Shown here: positions 29,900 through 41,132 of the stretch, piece by piece
Position numbering within the stretch: the stretch's first letter is position 1
Layout of the letters: the number at the start of each line of letters is the position of its first letter
From: Candidatus Latescibacterota bacterium
Lineage (GTDB): Bacteria; Latescibacterota; UBA2968; UBA8231
Length of the DNA: 64,000 nucleotides
Direction: 5' to 3'
Assembly: GCA_965219385.1 (NCBI GenBank)
Contig: CBDCNM010000002.1
Coordinates: forward strand, 3,358,305-3,422,304
Made by a program: the position numbers and the translations under genes
The notes under the pieces: model-generated
Database searches by the model: none
Seen by the model: the letters and a program-made list of their open reading frames with translations, nothing else
What the model was told of the DNA's origin: nothing

Positions 29900-32436
29900 G
29901 GTCAGGGGAATCAAGCCCGCCTGAGCACTCAGGCTCGGCGGCGGCGAAGGGGGCTCCCCCACCGGCGTCACCGCCACGCTGAACTTGGTAGCCCACCCCG
30001 TTGGTCAGATTCGGCACCGTATACGCCATCGTGGTCCCCCCGTGGCCGTGCCATTCTCGGCAAACCAAACACTGTCAGGCCCCACGATCGTCACGGTTGA
30101 GACCTCCTCCTGCACCGGGTCGGTGGCCCCGCTCTGCGCCTGCTTGTTGTCCCCGTGGCCGTCGCTATAGTCCACCGTCGCCCGCAACTGCTGACCCCCA
30201 TCCGCCGCCCCCGGCGTATAGCCGGACGACACCGGATAGCTCGGCGACGGCGGCGAGCGCGCCGACGAGGACGAGGAGACCGGCTCCCACGCCGCCGTCG
30301 CATCGGCTCGACGCTGCCATTGCCAGCGCGCCCCAGGCTCGTTCCCATCCGGGTCGCCGTCACTGGCCGTCACCGTCACGTTATAGACCGTGTCCTGGTT
30401 GGCGTCCATCGGATTCTCGTAGTCCGGCACCTGCGCAAAGTAGAGGCTGTCCCCCCGCATCGTAAACGCCCCCCCATCCGGGCCCGCCCACGCCCACGTG
30501 ATCGCGGCCCCCTCCGGATCGGTCGCCCTATAGGTGGCCACCGAGTCCGTGCCGTTCTCGGCAAACGAGACGGTCGTGGGCCCCTTAATCTGCGGCGGCT
30601 CGTTGACGTCGATGTCCCGCAGGGTCACCGTCGCACTCGCCGGCGTGCCTGCACTCACCCCTTCCGGCAGGGTGCCCAACCCCAGGCTCACCGTCTCATC
30701 GTCCTCGTCCGCGTTGGCCCTGAGCGTAAACGACTGGCGAGCCCCGTCCCGGATCGTGGCCCCGCTCAGATCGGCGCTACCCCCGCTGTCCACCCGGATG
30801 CCGGACCAATCGGAGGTGGACGGGAAGTAGATATCAACGGACCGGAAGGTGACCCCGGTGCCGGCGCTGAGCGTCCCGGCCACGATCAGCTCCGGGCGGG
30901 CGGGGTCGTCCCCCGCGACGAGTCCCCTTCGCCTACCGCGTTGACCGCCCGCACCTCAAACGTATACGCCGTGCCGTTGGTCAGACTTTCCAGACGGTGG
31001 CTCGTCGTCTCCGCATCGCTGTCCCGGATCGTCCCCCAGTCCGGCGCCCAGGTGCGGGCCCCGTCGTCGCTGTGGCGATACTCATACCCCGTCAGCGCCG
31101 AGCCGTTGTCCGCCGGCGTCTCCCAGGTCAGCGCCACCTGTCCATCCTCGACCTCCGCCGTCAGGTTCCCCGGCGGGTCCGGCACATCCACCACCGGCTC
31201 CGTCAGCGCACTCTGCGCCTGATTGTTGTCCCCGTAGCCGTCATCATACACCGCCCGCGCCCGCAGCGGCTGCCCCACCAGCAAAGGATACGGCCTGAAG
31301 GTCGACCACAGCCGGTCGGTCCCCCCCGGCTCCTCCCAACCCCCCCTCGCCCCCCGAGCGCTAGAATACGACCAAGCCCACCGCACATTGTTCACCCCCT
31401 CATCCGGATCGCTCAGCTCCGCCGTCAGCGCCGTGCCCACCCGCGGCTGGCTCGACGACAGCGTCACTGTGCCGGGCTCCTCCTCGTTGGTCACCGTCAC
31501 CGTCACCTCATACTCCGTTGAAGCCCCCTGCCCGTCCTCAGCGAGGACCGTTACCGAGTAGGCATTTCGGGTGGCAAGGTCCGCGTCGGCCGCATGGCCC
31601 GCAGCCGTCGGCTCCTCGTAGTCGGGAGGCGTCTGGAAACTCAGCATGCCCCCGCTGCTGTCGATCGAAAAAGCGTCGTCGTCGTTCTCGTTGACCAGGG
31701 ACCACGTGACCGCATCGCTCTCGGCGTCCGTGGCGCTGTAGGTCGCCACCGCCACCTCATTGTGCTCCCGAAACGTCGGCGTCTGAGCCCCCGAAATCGT
31801 CGGCGGGGTGCCGCAGTTGACCAGGGTAGGGTTCGTCAACGCCAAGGAGCCGCCTTGAGCGGCCTGGGCGCAGCGAACCCCGTCCCGGATGGTGACGTTC
31901 GTCAGGGTCGCCCTACCGCCGCTTTCGACGTAGATGCCCTGCCACTCGGGCGCCGACGGAGTATCGTTGCTCGAACGGAAGGTGACGTTGCCCGCCCCGG
32001 CGTTGAGAGTACCCTTGACGATCAATTCCGATTTGGTGCGGTCCGTGCCGCCGCCGGTGTCATCGCTGTTGGCCAGAAATTCAACCGTTACTCCCGACTT
32101 GATCGTCAGTTCTGCACGGAGGGTCAAGTCTCCAGTAACCTTTACCTGTGCGCCATTGTAGACCACAATGTCGGCATTAGGCGAGAAAACATCGCCCGAT
32201 GCAATCAATGTTCCATAAATTTTCAATGTCGCGTTATTTTCGAACTCGACAAAGGCATACGGTTTTATCTCCAGCGTCCTGTCAACCGGCACCGTAACAT
32301 CTCCGGTGATCGTGGTATAGCCACCCCAGGTTCGGTCGGAAGACAGCTCGCCGGCCACCTCCGAAAGCCTAGAACCTTTGCTCAGAATAAGCGCCGGATC
32401 GCCAAGAAAAAGGAATGGTGGGATTTTCTTCCTCAT
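29900..32436 (-). pseudogene. fragmented large surface protein (cadherin-like, FN3 and TIRDG repeat modules)
   Basis: Cadherin-like VATYSATDAE..PDYE and VATYRATDPEG..PDYENPMD; FN3 LTWETPADNGS..YTFEVRAVN; repeated ELIV.GTL.AG..VTFRS..W.GI.V.SGG..TIRDG; frame break near 30890. Confidence 0.7.
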
Positions 32437-32634
32437 CGGGTCGGGGTTCGCCGAGGGTACCGCTGAGATTTTCGACGCCGGCCATGTCCACCGGCCAGCT
32501 AAACTCAGGTTGACCCCCCAGGGGACCGCAGAGCACCAACAAGTAAAAAATGACGAAGGGGTAGCGACGGATCATGGTCTTACTCCTCTGAGGAATCGTG
32601 GCGGCTCAAGTCGAACAGCTGAAACACCCGGCCC
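32427..32634. repeat. 208-bp direct repeat, copy A
   Basis: Close match to 33932-34139; covers the 3' end of the propeller gene plus the MIRRYP...GEPRPDEE start. Confidence 0.85.
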
Positions 32635-33896
32635 ATCGAGACCCCGATTAGCGACCCGCTTTGATACCATGCCGGCGCCGGGCTGTCCCAATCTTCTGTA
32701 TCGGGATTGAGGGCCCTTTCCCAGGACAAAACGCCGGTCGGACCGTACACCCGTAAATGCGCCGAAAAGTCTCCCTCCCTGTCCCGCGTGTGAAAGCCCA
32801 ATATCAGTTCGTCGTCTACCAGCTTAAGCACTCTCCAGCGACGATCAGGTGGCAGTGGGAAACTCCGCTGGACGGCACCGGTACGGGCATCCAAAAAAAT
32901 TACTTCCAGGTCATGGCGCCTATATTCCTCGATTTTGTCGTTCAACACCACAATGAGGCCTTCCTCCTCGGAGAAAGAGACCTCATATATCCTCCCAGGC
33001 CGGGTCCACACTATATCGCCGTCGTGATTCAGAACCGATAGGTACCTCTTGGGCGTATCTCCGACATAGCTGTCACGATCAGCATAAGTATAGGCCATGG
33101 ACCGGCCGCTCTCTGAGATGAACACCTTGGAGATTCTTTGCCTACGACTGAGATGACGCTGCCAGAGGCGCCGGCCTTGCTTGTCGAACAGCGACAGGAA
33201 GGTGGTGTCCCGAAGCGCTCCCTGTTCATTCAACGGGCGTTCCGCGACTAAAATGAACCGGCCATCGGCAGAAAATTTGGGATCTGAGAAGACTTCAGCT
33301 TCATATTCGGCCACCTTCCCCTGTGGGCCCCAGAACGAAAGCTCGGCGGTTTCCGCCCCGCCCGTGCCGACCACCGTTTCTCCCGTGGGCGACCAATAGC
33401 GATCAAAATATGCCTGCTGCAGAGTCCGCCACAGGCTGGTGCCCTGCGCGTCCAACAACTCCACGTCCGCAAGACTGTACTCACCTCCTCCCTCATGTAC
33501 CACCAAGACATAGGCCCCATTCGCCGACACCCTGACATCTTTGGCTTGAGGAGAAAAGCTCCGCTGGCCCTTGATCGTGCCATCGGCATTAAGCCAGACG
33601 ACCTTTCTCGCCTTACTACTGGCCACCGCCGGGAAGGGGAAGCGCGGCAGAGATTGCCCCCTCGGCGCCCGGCCCAACGCCGTGGCGCGCACCTCGTTGC
33701 GCACTACGCGTACCGAATCGGCCTCGAAGTGGAACTCGAAAATCGCCGCCCGATCCGCTGGGGCCGGTGGTTGCCCCTCAACAGAAACCTGCCACAGCGC
33801 TAGCAGCGTCAGCGCCGGGAGCCAGGGACTGGGCGAGAAGTTCCTCGCCATGCGGGCGCGAAAGCGGGGGTGAAATCTGTGTTCAGATCCGGTCAT
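32580..33896 (-). CDS. exported PQQ/WD40-like beta-propeller protein
   Basis: AAGGAGG RBS; signal-like segment; repeats LLDAQGTSLWR, LFDKQGRRLWQ, LNHDGDIVWT, VYGPTGVLSWE. Confidence 0.65.
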   Translation of the reverse strand: MTGSEHRFHPRFRARMARNFSPSPWLPALTLLALWQVSVEGQPPAPADRAAIFEFHFEADSVRVVRNEVRATALGRAPRGQSLPRFPFPAVASSKARKVVWLNADGTIKGQRSFSPQAKDVRVSANGAYVLVVHEGGGEYSLADVELLDAQGTSLWRTLQQAYFDRYWSPTGETVVGTGGAETAELSFWGPQGKVAEYEAEVFSDPKFSADGRFILVAERPLNEQGALRDTTFLSLFDKQGRRLWQRHLSRRQRISKVFISESGRSMAYTYADRDSYVGDTPKRYLSVLNHDGDIVWTRPGRIYEVSFSEEEGLIVVLNDKIEEYRRHDLEVIFLDARTGAVQRSFPLPPDRRWRVLKLVDDELILGFHTRDREGDFSAHLRVYGPTGVLSWERALNPDTEDWDSPAPAWYQSGSLIGVSMGRVFQLFDLSRHDSSEE

Positions 33897-33931
33897 GAGA
33901 CTCCTCCTTGTACGTGAGTGGTTGGATTTGA

Positions 33932-34139
33932 TCTTCCTCATCGGGTCTAGGTTCGCCCAGATTACCGTTGAGAGTATCGACGCCGGCCATGTCCACCGGC
34001 CAGCTAAACTCAGGTTGACCCCCCAGGGGACCGCAGAGCATCAACAGGGAGAGAATGACGAGGGGGTAGCGACGGATCATGGTCTTACTCCTCTGAGGAA
34101 TCGTGGCGGCTCAAGTCGAACAGCTGAAACACCCGGCCC
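33932..34139. repeat. 208-bp direct repeat, copy B
   Basis: Close match to 32427-32634. Confidence 0.85.
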
Positions 34140-34470
34140 GATCCACCCACCGTTGGATCGTATCTTTGTCAAAGCCGGTGGCCCGAGCCGTGGCGCGAAT
34201 CCCCCCATGCTCCACCACCATCGCCAGCGCACCCAACCCCTGTTGGCGAGGGGTTTGCAGGCCCAAGAAGCAGGTCCCGCGTCGGTGCGAAAACGTCTTC
34301 CGGCAGGCGCGACCACAGGTAAATGACTTGGCGATCTGTCCCATAGTAGGCGTGGCGTTCCAACGGGCCATCTTCTACCTGGCCGAAAAGAGAACACGCC
34401 GAATTCGGACAATACAGACCATCGGGAAGGGGTGTTTGACGTTTCATGGGAAGACTCTCCTGGAAGTAGT
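34140..34470 (-). pseudogene. IS1-like (Zn ribbon plus HTH) transposase remnant
   Basis: CPNSAC in one frame; C.AC.KTFS.RRGT and GIRATARATG..KDTIQRW in another. Confidence 0.55.
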
Positions 34471-34519
34471 AGACGCTTCCCACACATATCGTATTTTCTT
34501 AACACATGCTCCATAGGGA

Positions 34520-35460
34520 CATTACCGTAAAGGCACTCCAAGGCCCGTGCGCCGGAATATCGCGATAGCGAACCCGGATCAACAGCAGGTACGCCATCCC
34601 CGACAGGGCCACCGAGCGTTCGACCCGGTCCGGCTGTTGGGTCACCTGCGCTTGGCCTAAGCCGGTCACCCCTTTGAGTTCCTTGATCCGCAGTTCTACT
34701 TCCCAACGGCGGGCGTATAGCGCAATCACTTGGCGGGCGGTCACATGGGGTAGATTGGTCACGAGGATTTTGGTGTGTTTGGGCCCCTCGTTACGCCGTT
34801 TTTTGCTTAACACCATCGTGACATCGCCTATATGCCGCACGCACTTACGCGCGCTATACTCCAGTACACCCGCCGTCGTTGGGACGGTTGGGACGGCGGG
34901 CAAAACCAGGTTTTTTGGTAGTGGCCTTGGGGCAGATAGGTTACCCAATTTTTCAGGGTGCGGTCATCCTCAAACTTCCAGGTCCGGGGGAAGCTCATGA
35001 CGAAGAAGAAACCGCGCTGTTGGATCACGTGCAGGGTGGCCTTGGCCGGAAAGGCGGCGTCGGCCACCACGATCACGGTCTGGGCCCAGGCCGGGGGCAC
35101 CAAGGCCCGCAGCATCGGGCGAAACAGCGCGTTGGGGGTCTGATAGTCGACCGCGCCCTTGGGACGCACGAGGGCGAAGTCAATGGGAATACGGAACCGA
35201 CCCCATTAGCAGCATCAATACCACCACCTCCAAGCCGCGCACATAGCGACTATAGCGATTGAACCGTCCTTTTTTGACCAGGGGGTGTTTGTGGGCCGTC
35301 TTCGCCTTATAGGTGTCATCCACCACCAGCAGCACCCGGCCGTCTTCGGCCGGCGGTAAGACCTCAATGACGGCCTCGACCAGCCCCCCTAACACCGTCC
35401 GCCAGCACCCGTACGAGGCGCACAGCAGCCGACGCAAGTGCCACTCGCACACGTGCTTAG
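34520..35460 (-). pseudogene. degenerate DDE transposase (IS4/IS701-like)
   Basis: VVDDTYK, VVADAAF and YARRWEVELRIKELK spread across broken frames. Confidence 0.7.
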
Positions 35461-35464
35461 GCCC

Positions 35465-35700
35465 CTAACCGAGTTTGCAAACCATTTGCGCCCCAATCGG
35501 GTGTCGCACCCCATACAAGCAGTCCGAGAAGGTGGGGGTGCCCTTTGGATACCAAGCGGTGGTCTGGGTGGTCTCCACTTCCGTGCTGGTAAGGCCACTT
35601 ATATCCCACAACCGAAGGTGGAGGCGTTCGCGCAGGGTCTGATGAGCGACCTCCTTAGAATCAAGGTAATATTGCGCCACACGACCCACAAGGTCAAAAA
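35465..35700 (-). pseudogene. C-terminal remnant of another IS701-like transposase
   Basis: TTAWYPKGTPTFSDCL parallels ATAWYGKRKPTFSDAV of the intact copies. Confidence 0.45.
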
Positions 35701-35810
35701 ACCCCTTGACTGGGTTGCATGTCCTGCGTTCGTTTTGGTATAGCCAGTGACTGTTTGGACTTCCGCGCCAACCGCCACAAAGTAACATGCAAACCAGCAG
35801 GAGCCCCATC

Positions 35811-36485
35811 ATGTGCGGACGCTTTGCCCTGCACCACACCACCCGGGAAACCATCGAGCGCTTTGCCGTGGAACAGACCACCGTCCAACTCGAACCACGC
35901 TACAACATCGCCCCTTCCCAACCCGTGGCCGCGATCGTGCAGCACCAGCAGCGCAAACTCGAAGCCTTCCAGTGGGGCCTGGTCCCCTTCTGGGCCAAGG
36001 ACCCCAAAATCGGCCACCGCATGATCAACGCCCGCAGCGAAACCCTGGCCGAAAAACCCGCGTACAAACCCCCCCTCAAAAAACGGCGCTGCCTCATCCC
36101 GGCCAGCGGCTTTTACGAGTGGAAACGACAAAACGACGAGCGCAGCCCCACTTACATCTGCCTCAAAGACGCCCGCCTCTTTGCCCTGGCCGGCCTGTGG
36201 GAGGAATGGCGCAGCCCCGCGGGCACCACCCTGCGCTCCTGCACCATCATCACCACGCCGGCCAATGCGTTTATGGCCGGGATCCACCAGCGCATGCCCG
36301 TCATCTTCAACCCCGAACAGGAAGAGATCTGGCTGGATCCCGCCCTTCAGGATCCAGACCACCTCCTCCCCCTGCTGCAGGCCTACCCGGCCGAGGACAT
36401 GGCGGCGCACCCGGTTTCAAAGCAGGTGAACGTGCCCACCTTCGACGAGCCGGCATGTATCGAAGCGGTGGATGAACCAGGTTAG
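35811..36485 (+). CDS. SOS-response-associated peptidase (SRAP/YedK/HMCES)
   Basis: MCGRF start, PRYNIAPSQ, WGLVPFW, INARSET, GFYEW, IHQRMP. Confidence 0.95.
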   Translation: MCGRFALHHTTRETIERFAVEQTTVQLEPRYNIAPSQPVAAIVQHQQRKLEAFQWGLVPFWAKDPKIGHRMINARSETLAEKPAYKPPLKKRRCLIPASGFYEWKRQNDERSPTYICLKDARLFALAGLWEEWRSPAGTTLRSCTIITTPANAFMAGIHQRMPVIFNPEQEEIWLDPALQDPDHLLPLLQAYPAEDMAAHPVSKQVNVPTFDEPACIEAVDEPG

Positions 36486-36566
36486 TCTTCCCGGCGGCGC
36501 GCTGGCTTTTGCAACGCCAAAATTTGTATATTATACAGTGTCATCAAACCCGACTCGCACTCGACC

Positions 36567-37394
36567 ATGCATCCACAGTTAGGCGATCCTTTTTTCAGAC
36601 TTGTCCAGGACGACCCCATCGACCTGGCCAGGGGCGCTCTGCTCATCGCCGGGGAAGCCTATCCCCGCCTCGATCCGGATGTGTACCTGCGGCAACTGGA
36701 TCGCATGGCCGGGACCCTCAAGCCGCACTTCACGCCCGGCTCGACCATGCTCGAACGCCTGGAATTGCTGAATCACTACCTTTTCATCGAGCTGGATTTC
36801 AAAGGCAACCAGCAAGACTACTACGACCCGCGCAACAGCTACCTGAACGACGTGCTGGAACGCCGCCTGGGCATCCCCATCACGCTTTCCGTGGTCTACC
36901 TTGAGGTGGGCCGGCGCCTTGGATTACCCCTGGCTGGAGTCAATTTCCCCTTTCATTTTCTGGTCAAGTGCACGGCGCCCTCCGACCCCGTTTTCATCGA
37001 CCCCTTTAGCGCCGGACACATCCTCACAAAAGAGGAACTCGCAGACCACCTGCCCGTAGCCAACGGCCGCAAGCTGTCCATGGATGAACGCTTCCTGGAG
37101 GCCATCTCGCCCCGGGAGATTCTGGCCCGCATGCTGCGCAATCTGAAGCAGATCCACGCCCATCGCAGGGAATTCAAAAAGGCCATCAGCGCCGGCGAAA
37201 AGATCACCTGGCTCCTATCCGAGGGCGCCTCCGACTACCGCGACCTGGGCCATCTCTACTACCAGGTCAGAGCCTACCACCAATCCCTGGCCGCTTTCCA
37301 GGAATACCTGCTCCGGGCCGCCGGCCCCGAGGACGAACGAGAAATCAGGGAGAACATCCAGATCATCTCCGCTCACCTGGGGGCGTTAAACTAG
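36567..37394 (+). CDS. SirB1/YchA-like transglutaminase-TPR protein
   Basis: YYDPRNSYLNDVLERRLGIPITLS, GVNFPFHFL, FIDPF, RMLRNLK. Confidence 0.88.
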   Translation: MHPQLGDPFFRLVQDDPIDLARGALLIAGEAYPRLDPDVYLRQLDRMAGTLKPHFTPGSTMLERLELLNHYLFIELDFKGNQQDYYDPRNSYLNDVLERRLGIPITLSVVYLEVGRRLGLPLAGVNFPFHFLVKCTAPSDPVFIDPFSAGHILTKEELADHLPVANGRKLSMDERFLEAISPREILARMLRNLKQIHAHRREFKKAISAGEKITWLLSEGASDYRDLGHLYYQVRAYHQSLAAFQEYLLRAAGPEDEREIRENIQIISAHLGALN

Positions 37395-37501
37395 TGCAGC
37401 CTGAAGGAAATCATCCACCAACCCGCTAGTGCCAAACAGGTTGAACATCGCCCCCGTTCTCCTTATTATTTGGGGCTAGACCCCCAGCAGGAGCACGTTC
37501 C

Positions 37502-37882
37502 ATGACCAATCCAGTGGTATCCGCCAGCGCCACCGCCGCCCGCCGCATCAACGAGGACTGGGGCTCCCTGAGCTGGCTGGCCAATCAGCAAATCGGCAAC
37601 GCCCAGAAACTGACCCTGGGCCGCGTCGTCATCAAAAAAGGTCATTCCAACCCCCGGCACTGCCACCCCAACTGCGAGGAGGTACTCTACCTGCTCAACG
37701 GCCGGCTCGAGCACACCCTCGGCGACGAGACCTTGGTCCTGGAGAGGGGGGACACCCTGGCCATTCCCCAGGGCATCTTCCACAGCGCCGTCAATATCGG
37801 CGCTGAAGACGCCGATACCATTGTGGCCTATTCCTCTGGAGTGCGCCAGTTCGTGCTCGAATCCGAGTCCACCACTACCTGA
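37502..37882 (+). CDS. cupin domain protein
   Basis: HCHPNCEEVLYLLNG...IPQGIFH. Confidence 0.85.
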   Translation: MTNPVVSASATAARRINEDWGSLSWLANQQIGNAQKLTLGRVVIKKGHSNPRHCHPNCEEVLYLLNGRLEHTLGDETLVLERGDTLAIPQGIFHSAVNIGAEDADTIVAYSSGVRQFVLESESTTT

Positions 37883-37915
37883 GTTACTTTACTTCAGTAT
37901 CGCAGGAGACCTTGA

Positions 37916-39473
37916 ATGGAAACCCCGCGCCCCTACCACGTCGCCGTCATCGACCTGGGGTCCAATACCGCCCGTCTGATCGTCATGGGGGCCATACCCG
38001 GTTACTCCCTACCGCCTGGAGGACGAAATCCGCGAGGTCGTGCGCCTGCATCAGGGAATGACCCGCAAGGGGCTGAGCGAGGAGGCCATGGAACGGGCCT
38101 TTTCCACCTTGCGGCTCTTCAAACGTTTTTGCGAAAGCATCCAGGTGGATATCGTGCTGACCACCGCTACCAGCGCCGTGCGCGAGGCGGCCAACGGGCG
38201 GGAATTCGTCGAACGGGTGCACGACGAAATCGGCCTGACCCTGCGCATCCTGGACGGCGAGCGCGAAGCCTACTACGGCACCCTGGGCGCCTTGAACGAG
38301 GTGGCCATAACCCGGGGTTTTGTGCTCGATGTCGGCGGCGGCAGCGCCCAGGTGAGCCAGGTGCGCGCCGGCCGCTTTCATCAGGGCCGGGCCCTCACCT
38401 TGGGCGCCCTGGCCCTGAGCGAGCGCTTTGTCCACGGCGAGCAGATCGAGGAAGCCGAATTCGCCGCCGTGCAAAAAGAGATCGAGCGCCAGCTGGATAC
38501 CCTATCCTGGCTCGAGCCCGTCGAAGACACCACCCTGGTCGGCCTGGGGGGCACCATCCGCAACCTGGCCAGCATCGAAGCCAAGCGGCAGAAATACCCC
38601 CTCAATACCCTGCACGGTTTTGCCCTGAGCCGCGCTTCGGTGGAAACCAGCGTCGACTTACTGCGCCAAGCGCCCCTGGCCAAGCGCCGCAAAATCCCCG
38701 GCCTGAGCGAAGACCGCGCCGACATCATCCTGCCCGGCGCCCTGGTCGTCCTCGGCGTCATGCAGTGGCTCGAGGTGGAGGAGATGGTCGTGTCGACCAG
38801 CGGTCTGCGCGAGGGCATCTTCTTCGAGCAGTTCTGGCAACACCTGCCCTACCCGGTCATTCCGGACGTGCGCCGCTTCAGCGTCCTCAACGTGGCCCGC
38901 AATTACAACTACAAGAAGCTCCATGCCACCCACGTCCGCTTTCTGGCCGGTCGCCTCTTCGACCAGCTCGCGCCGCTGCACGGTTACGGGTCATCCGAGC
39001 GCGAGTTGCTGGAAGCCGCGGCCATGCTCCACGACCTGGGCACCATCATCCGCTACAACGACCACCACAAACACTCGCAGACCCTCATCGACTACAATGG
39101 CCTGCCTGGCTTTTCGCCGCGGGAAATCGCCCTCATCGGGCTGCTGGCGCGCTATCATCGCAAAGGCAATCCGGACAACGCCGGTTTCAAACCCCTGCTC
39201 GCCAACGCCGACGCCGACCTGCTCACCTGCCTGGCGGCGATCCTGCGCTTGGCCGAGTTCCTGGAGCGCGGACGCAACGCCGCCGTCGACGATATCATCA
39301 TCACCTGGGACGAGGATTCCCTGCGCCTGACCCTCATCGCCGACGAACACCCGGCCGTGGAGTTGTGGGAAGCCGAGCGCAATGCCGTGCCTCTGGTCGA
39401 GACCGCCTTCAAGCGGCGCGTCCTCCTCGACAGCATTGCCACCCCGGGCGAATGGCTCAAAGGAGAAAAATGA
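37916..39473 (+). CDS. ppx: exopolyphosphatase Ppx/GppA with a +1 frameshift near 38007-38009
   Basis: IDLGSNT in the first frame; ATSAVREA.N, DVGGGS, GLGGTIR, GLREG, LHDLG in the second; one extra C in TCCCTAC. Confidence 0.85.
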
Positions 39474-39490
39474 GAAGGGAAGCCCAAGCC

Positions 39491-40258
39491 ATGCACCTAT
39501 CCTGTTGTATCTGGGCCCTCTCCGGACCCCAGGAAGACGCTCTCGCCCGCGTCAAAGAAGCCGGTTTCAAGTGGATCGATGTGCGCCCCCACACCCTCGC
39601 TCCCGACCAGGTTGGCGCCGCCGAATTGCCGGTCTCCTGCGTAGCGGTTTCGCACGGTGCCCCAGAGGGGGCCACCCTCGACAGCCCCGACCCTCCCACC
39701 CTTTTTCGGGCCCGCGCCTACCTCGATGGCGCTCTGGAGTACGGGGCCGCACTCGGCGCCACCGCCGCCTATGTCGTGCCCGAAAAAGACGGCGGCCCGG
39801 AAACCCTGGACCGCTACGCCGGCTCCCTTGCCCAAGCCGCGGAAAAGGCGGCGGCTCTCGGCCTCAAGCTCTGCGTCGAACACTTTCCCGGCAGCGCCCT
39901 GCCCACCATCGCCTCCACCCTCGGTTTCGTGCGCGCCGTCGCCCATCCCAACCTCTACCTTCTCCTGGACATCGGCCACGCGCAAATCTCCGTCGAGGAC
40001 CCCGCCGCCGCCATCGCTGCTGCCGGCCCGCGGCTGGGGTACGTCCACTTGGACGACAACGATGGCCGCGATGACCAGCACCTGGCCCTGCTGGACGGAG
40101 TCCTGACCGAAGCCACCCTGCGCCGGACCTTCGCGGCCCTGGACGCCAGCGGCTATGCCGGGGCCGCGAGCCTGGAACTCCACCCACAGCTTCCAGACCC
40201 GCTCGCGGCCCTGAAAAAAAGCCGGGAAATCCTCGGCGCGATCGCGGGGCTCTCCTGA
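39491..40258 (+). CDS. sugar phosphate isomerase/epimerase (xylose isomerase-like TIM barrel)
   Basis: LCVEHFP, LLDIGHA, YVHLDDNDG.DDQHL, SLEL. Confidence 0.82.
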   Translation: MHLSCCIWALSGPQEDALARVKEAGFKWIDVRPHTLAPDQVGAAELPVSCVAVSHGAPEGATLDSPDPPTLFRARAYLDGALEYGAALGATAAYVVPEKDGGPETLDRYAGSLAQAAEKAAALGLKLCVEHFPGSALPTIASTLGFVRAVAHPNLYLLLDIGHAQISVEDPAAAIAAAGPRLGYVHLDDNDGRDDQHLALLDGVLTEATLRRTFAALDASGYAGAASLELHPQLPDPLAALKKSREILGAIAGLS

Positions 40259-40314
40259 AGCGCTACCTGGAAAGCTGAACCATGCAACGGATCCAAACAG
40301 AGAGGATATGTACC

Positions 40315-41115
40315 ATGAATGAAGAAGAAAAGTACCTGTTCGACCTCAACGGCTATATCCTGATCGAGAAGGTCCTGACCCCCGATGAAATCGCTCTCGT
40401 CAACCAGGCCATCGACCGCCACCTGGAGCAGGGCAATATCCGCTCCGGGGAACTGAGCCTGTCCGGAGGATCTCCAACCCTCAAGGGCGAGCATGGACGC
40501 GGGGACCTGGGGGGGATGCTGCACTGGGAGGAGCCCTGGTGCAATCCCTTTCGGGAAATGCTGGTGCACCCGCGGATCGTGCCCTATCTCAACGAGATTC
40601 TCGGCCCGGGCTTCCGCATGGATCACCAGATGTCCCTGCTGTGGATGGACAAGGGGGGCGAAGGCCACACCTTTCACGGCTCTTCAGGCCCTGGTTTCGA
40701 CCCGAACCAGTATTATATCTTCCGCGACGGCAGGATGCACAATGGCCTGACCGTGGCCAGTATCCAGCTCACCGACGTCAACCCGGGGGACGGCGGCCTC
40801 ATCGTCATCCCCGGCAGCCACAAGAGCAACTATCCCTGCCCCCGGGAAATGAAAAGCTACCAGAAGTACCAGGAACACGTGCGGCCAATCGCCTGTAAAG
40901 CCGGGGACGCGGTGCTCTTCACGGAAGCCGTAACCCACGGCACCCTGCCCTGGACAGCCGACCACCCGCGCCGCTCCGTCATGACCCGCTACACCGCGGG
41001 CAACCTATCTTATGTCCCGGCCTATCCCGTTCCCGATTGGGCCGATGAAAGACAGCGGGCCGTGATGGAACCGCCCTATCACACCCGCCTGGACCGTCCC
41101 GTGCTGGACGAATAA
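40315..41115 (+). CDS. phytanoyl-CoA dioxygenase family protein
   Basis: YLFDLNGY, GGLIVIPGSHK, KAGDAVLFTEAVTHGT.PW..R. Confidence 0.85.
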   Translation: MNEEEKYLFDLNGYILIEKVLTPDEIALVNQAIDRHLEQGNIRSGELSLSGGSPTLKGEHGRGDLGGMLHWEEPWCNPFREMLVHPRIVPYLNEILGPGFRMDHQMSLLWMDKGGEGHTFHGSSGPGFDPNQYYIFRDGRMHNGLTVASIQLTDVNPGDGGLIVIPGSHKSNYPCPREMKSYQKYQEHVRPIACKAGDAVLFTEAVTHGTLPWTADHPRRSVMTRYTAGNLSYVPAYPVPDWADERQRAVMEPPYHTRLDRPVLDE

Positions 41116-41132
41116 CCCCAAGAGGGAAACCC

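Noticed and set aside
30884..30888. Selenocysteine or readthrough at the TGA between the surface-protein ORFs
   Set aside because: The TGA falls inside the junction where ELIVAGTL (matching ELIVKGTL upstream) is read in another frame; no redox motif; best explained as a deletion scar
37916..40258. 780-aa ORF as a single protein
   Set aside because: Artefact: Ppx N-terminus, then an off-frame stretch, then a separate isomerase starting at 39491
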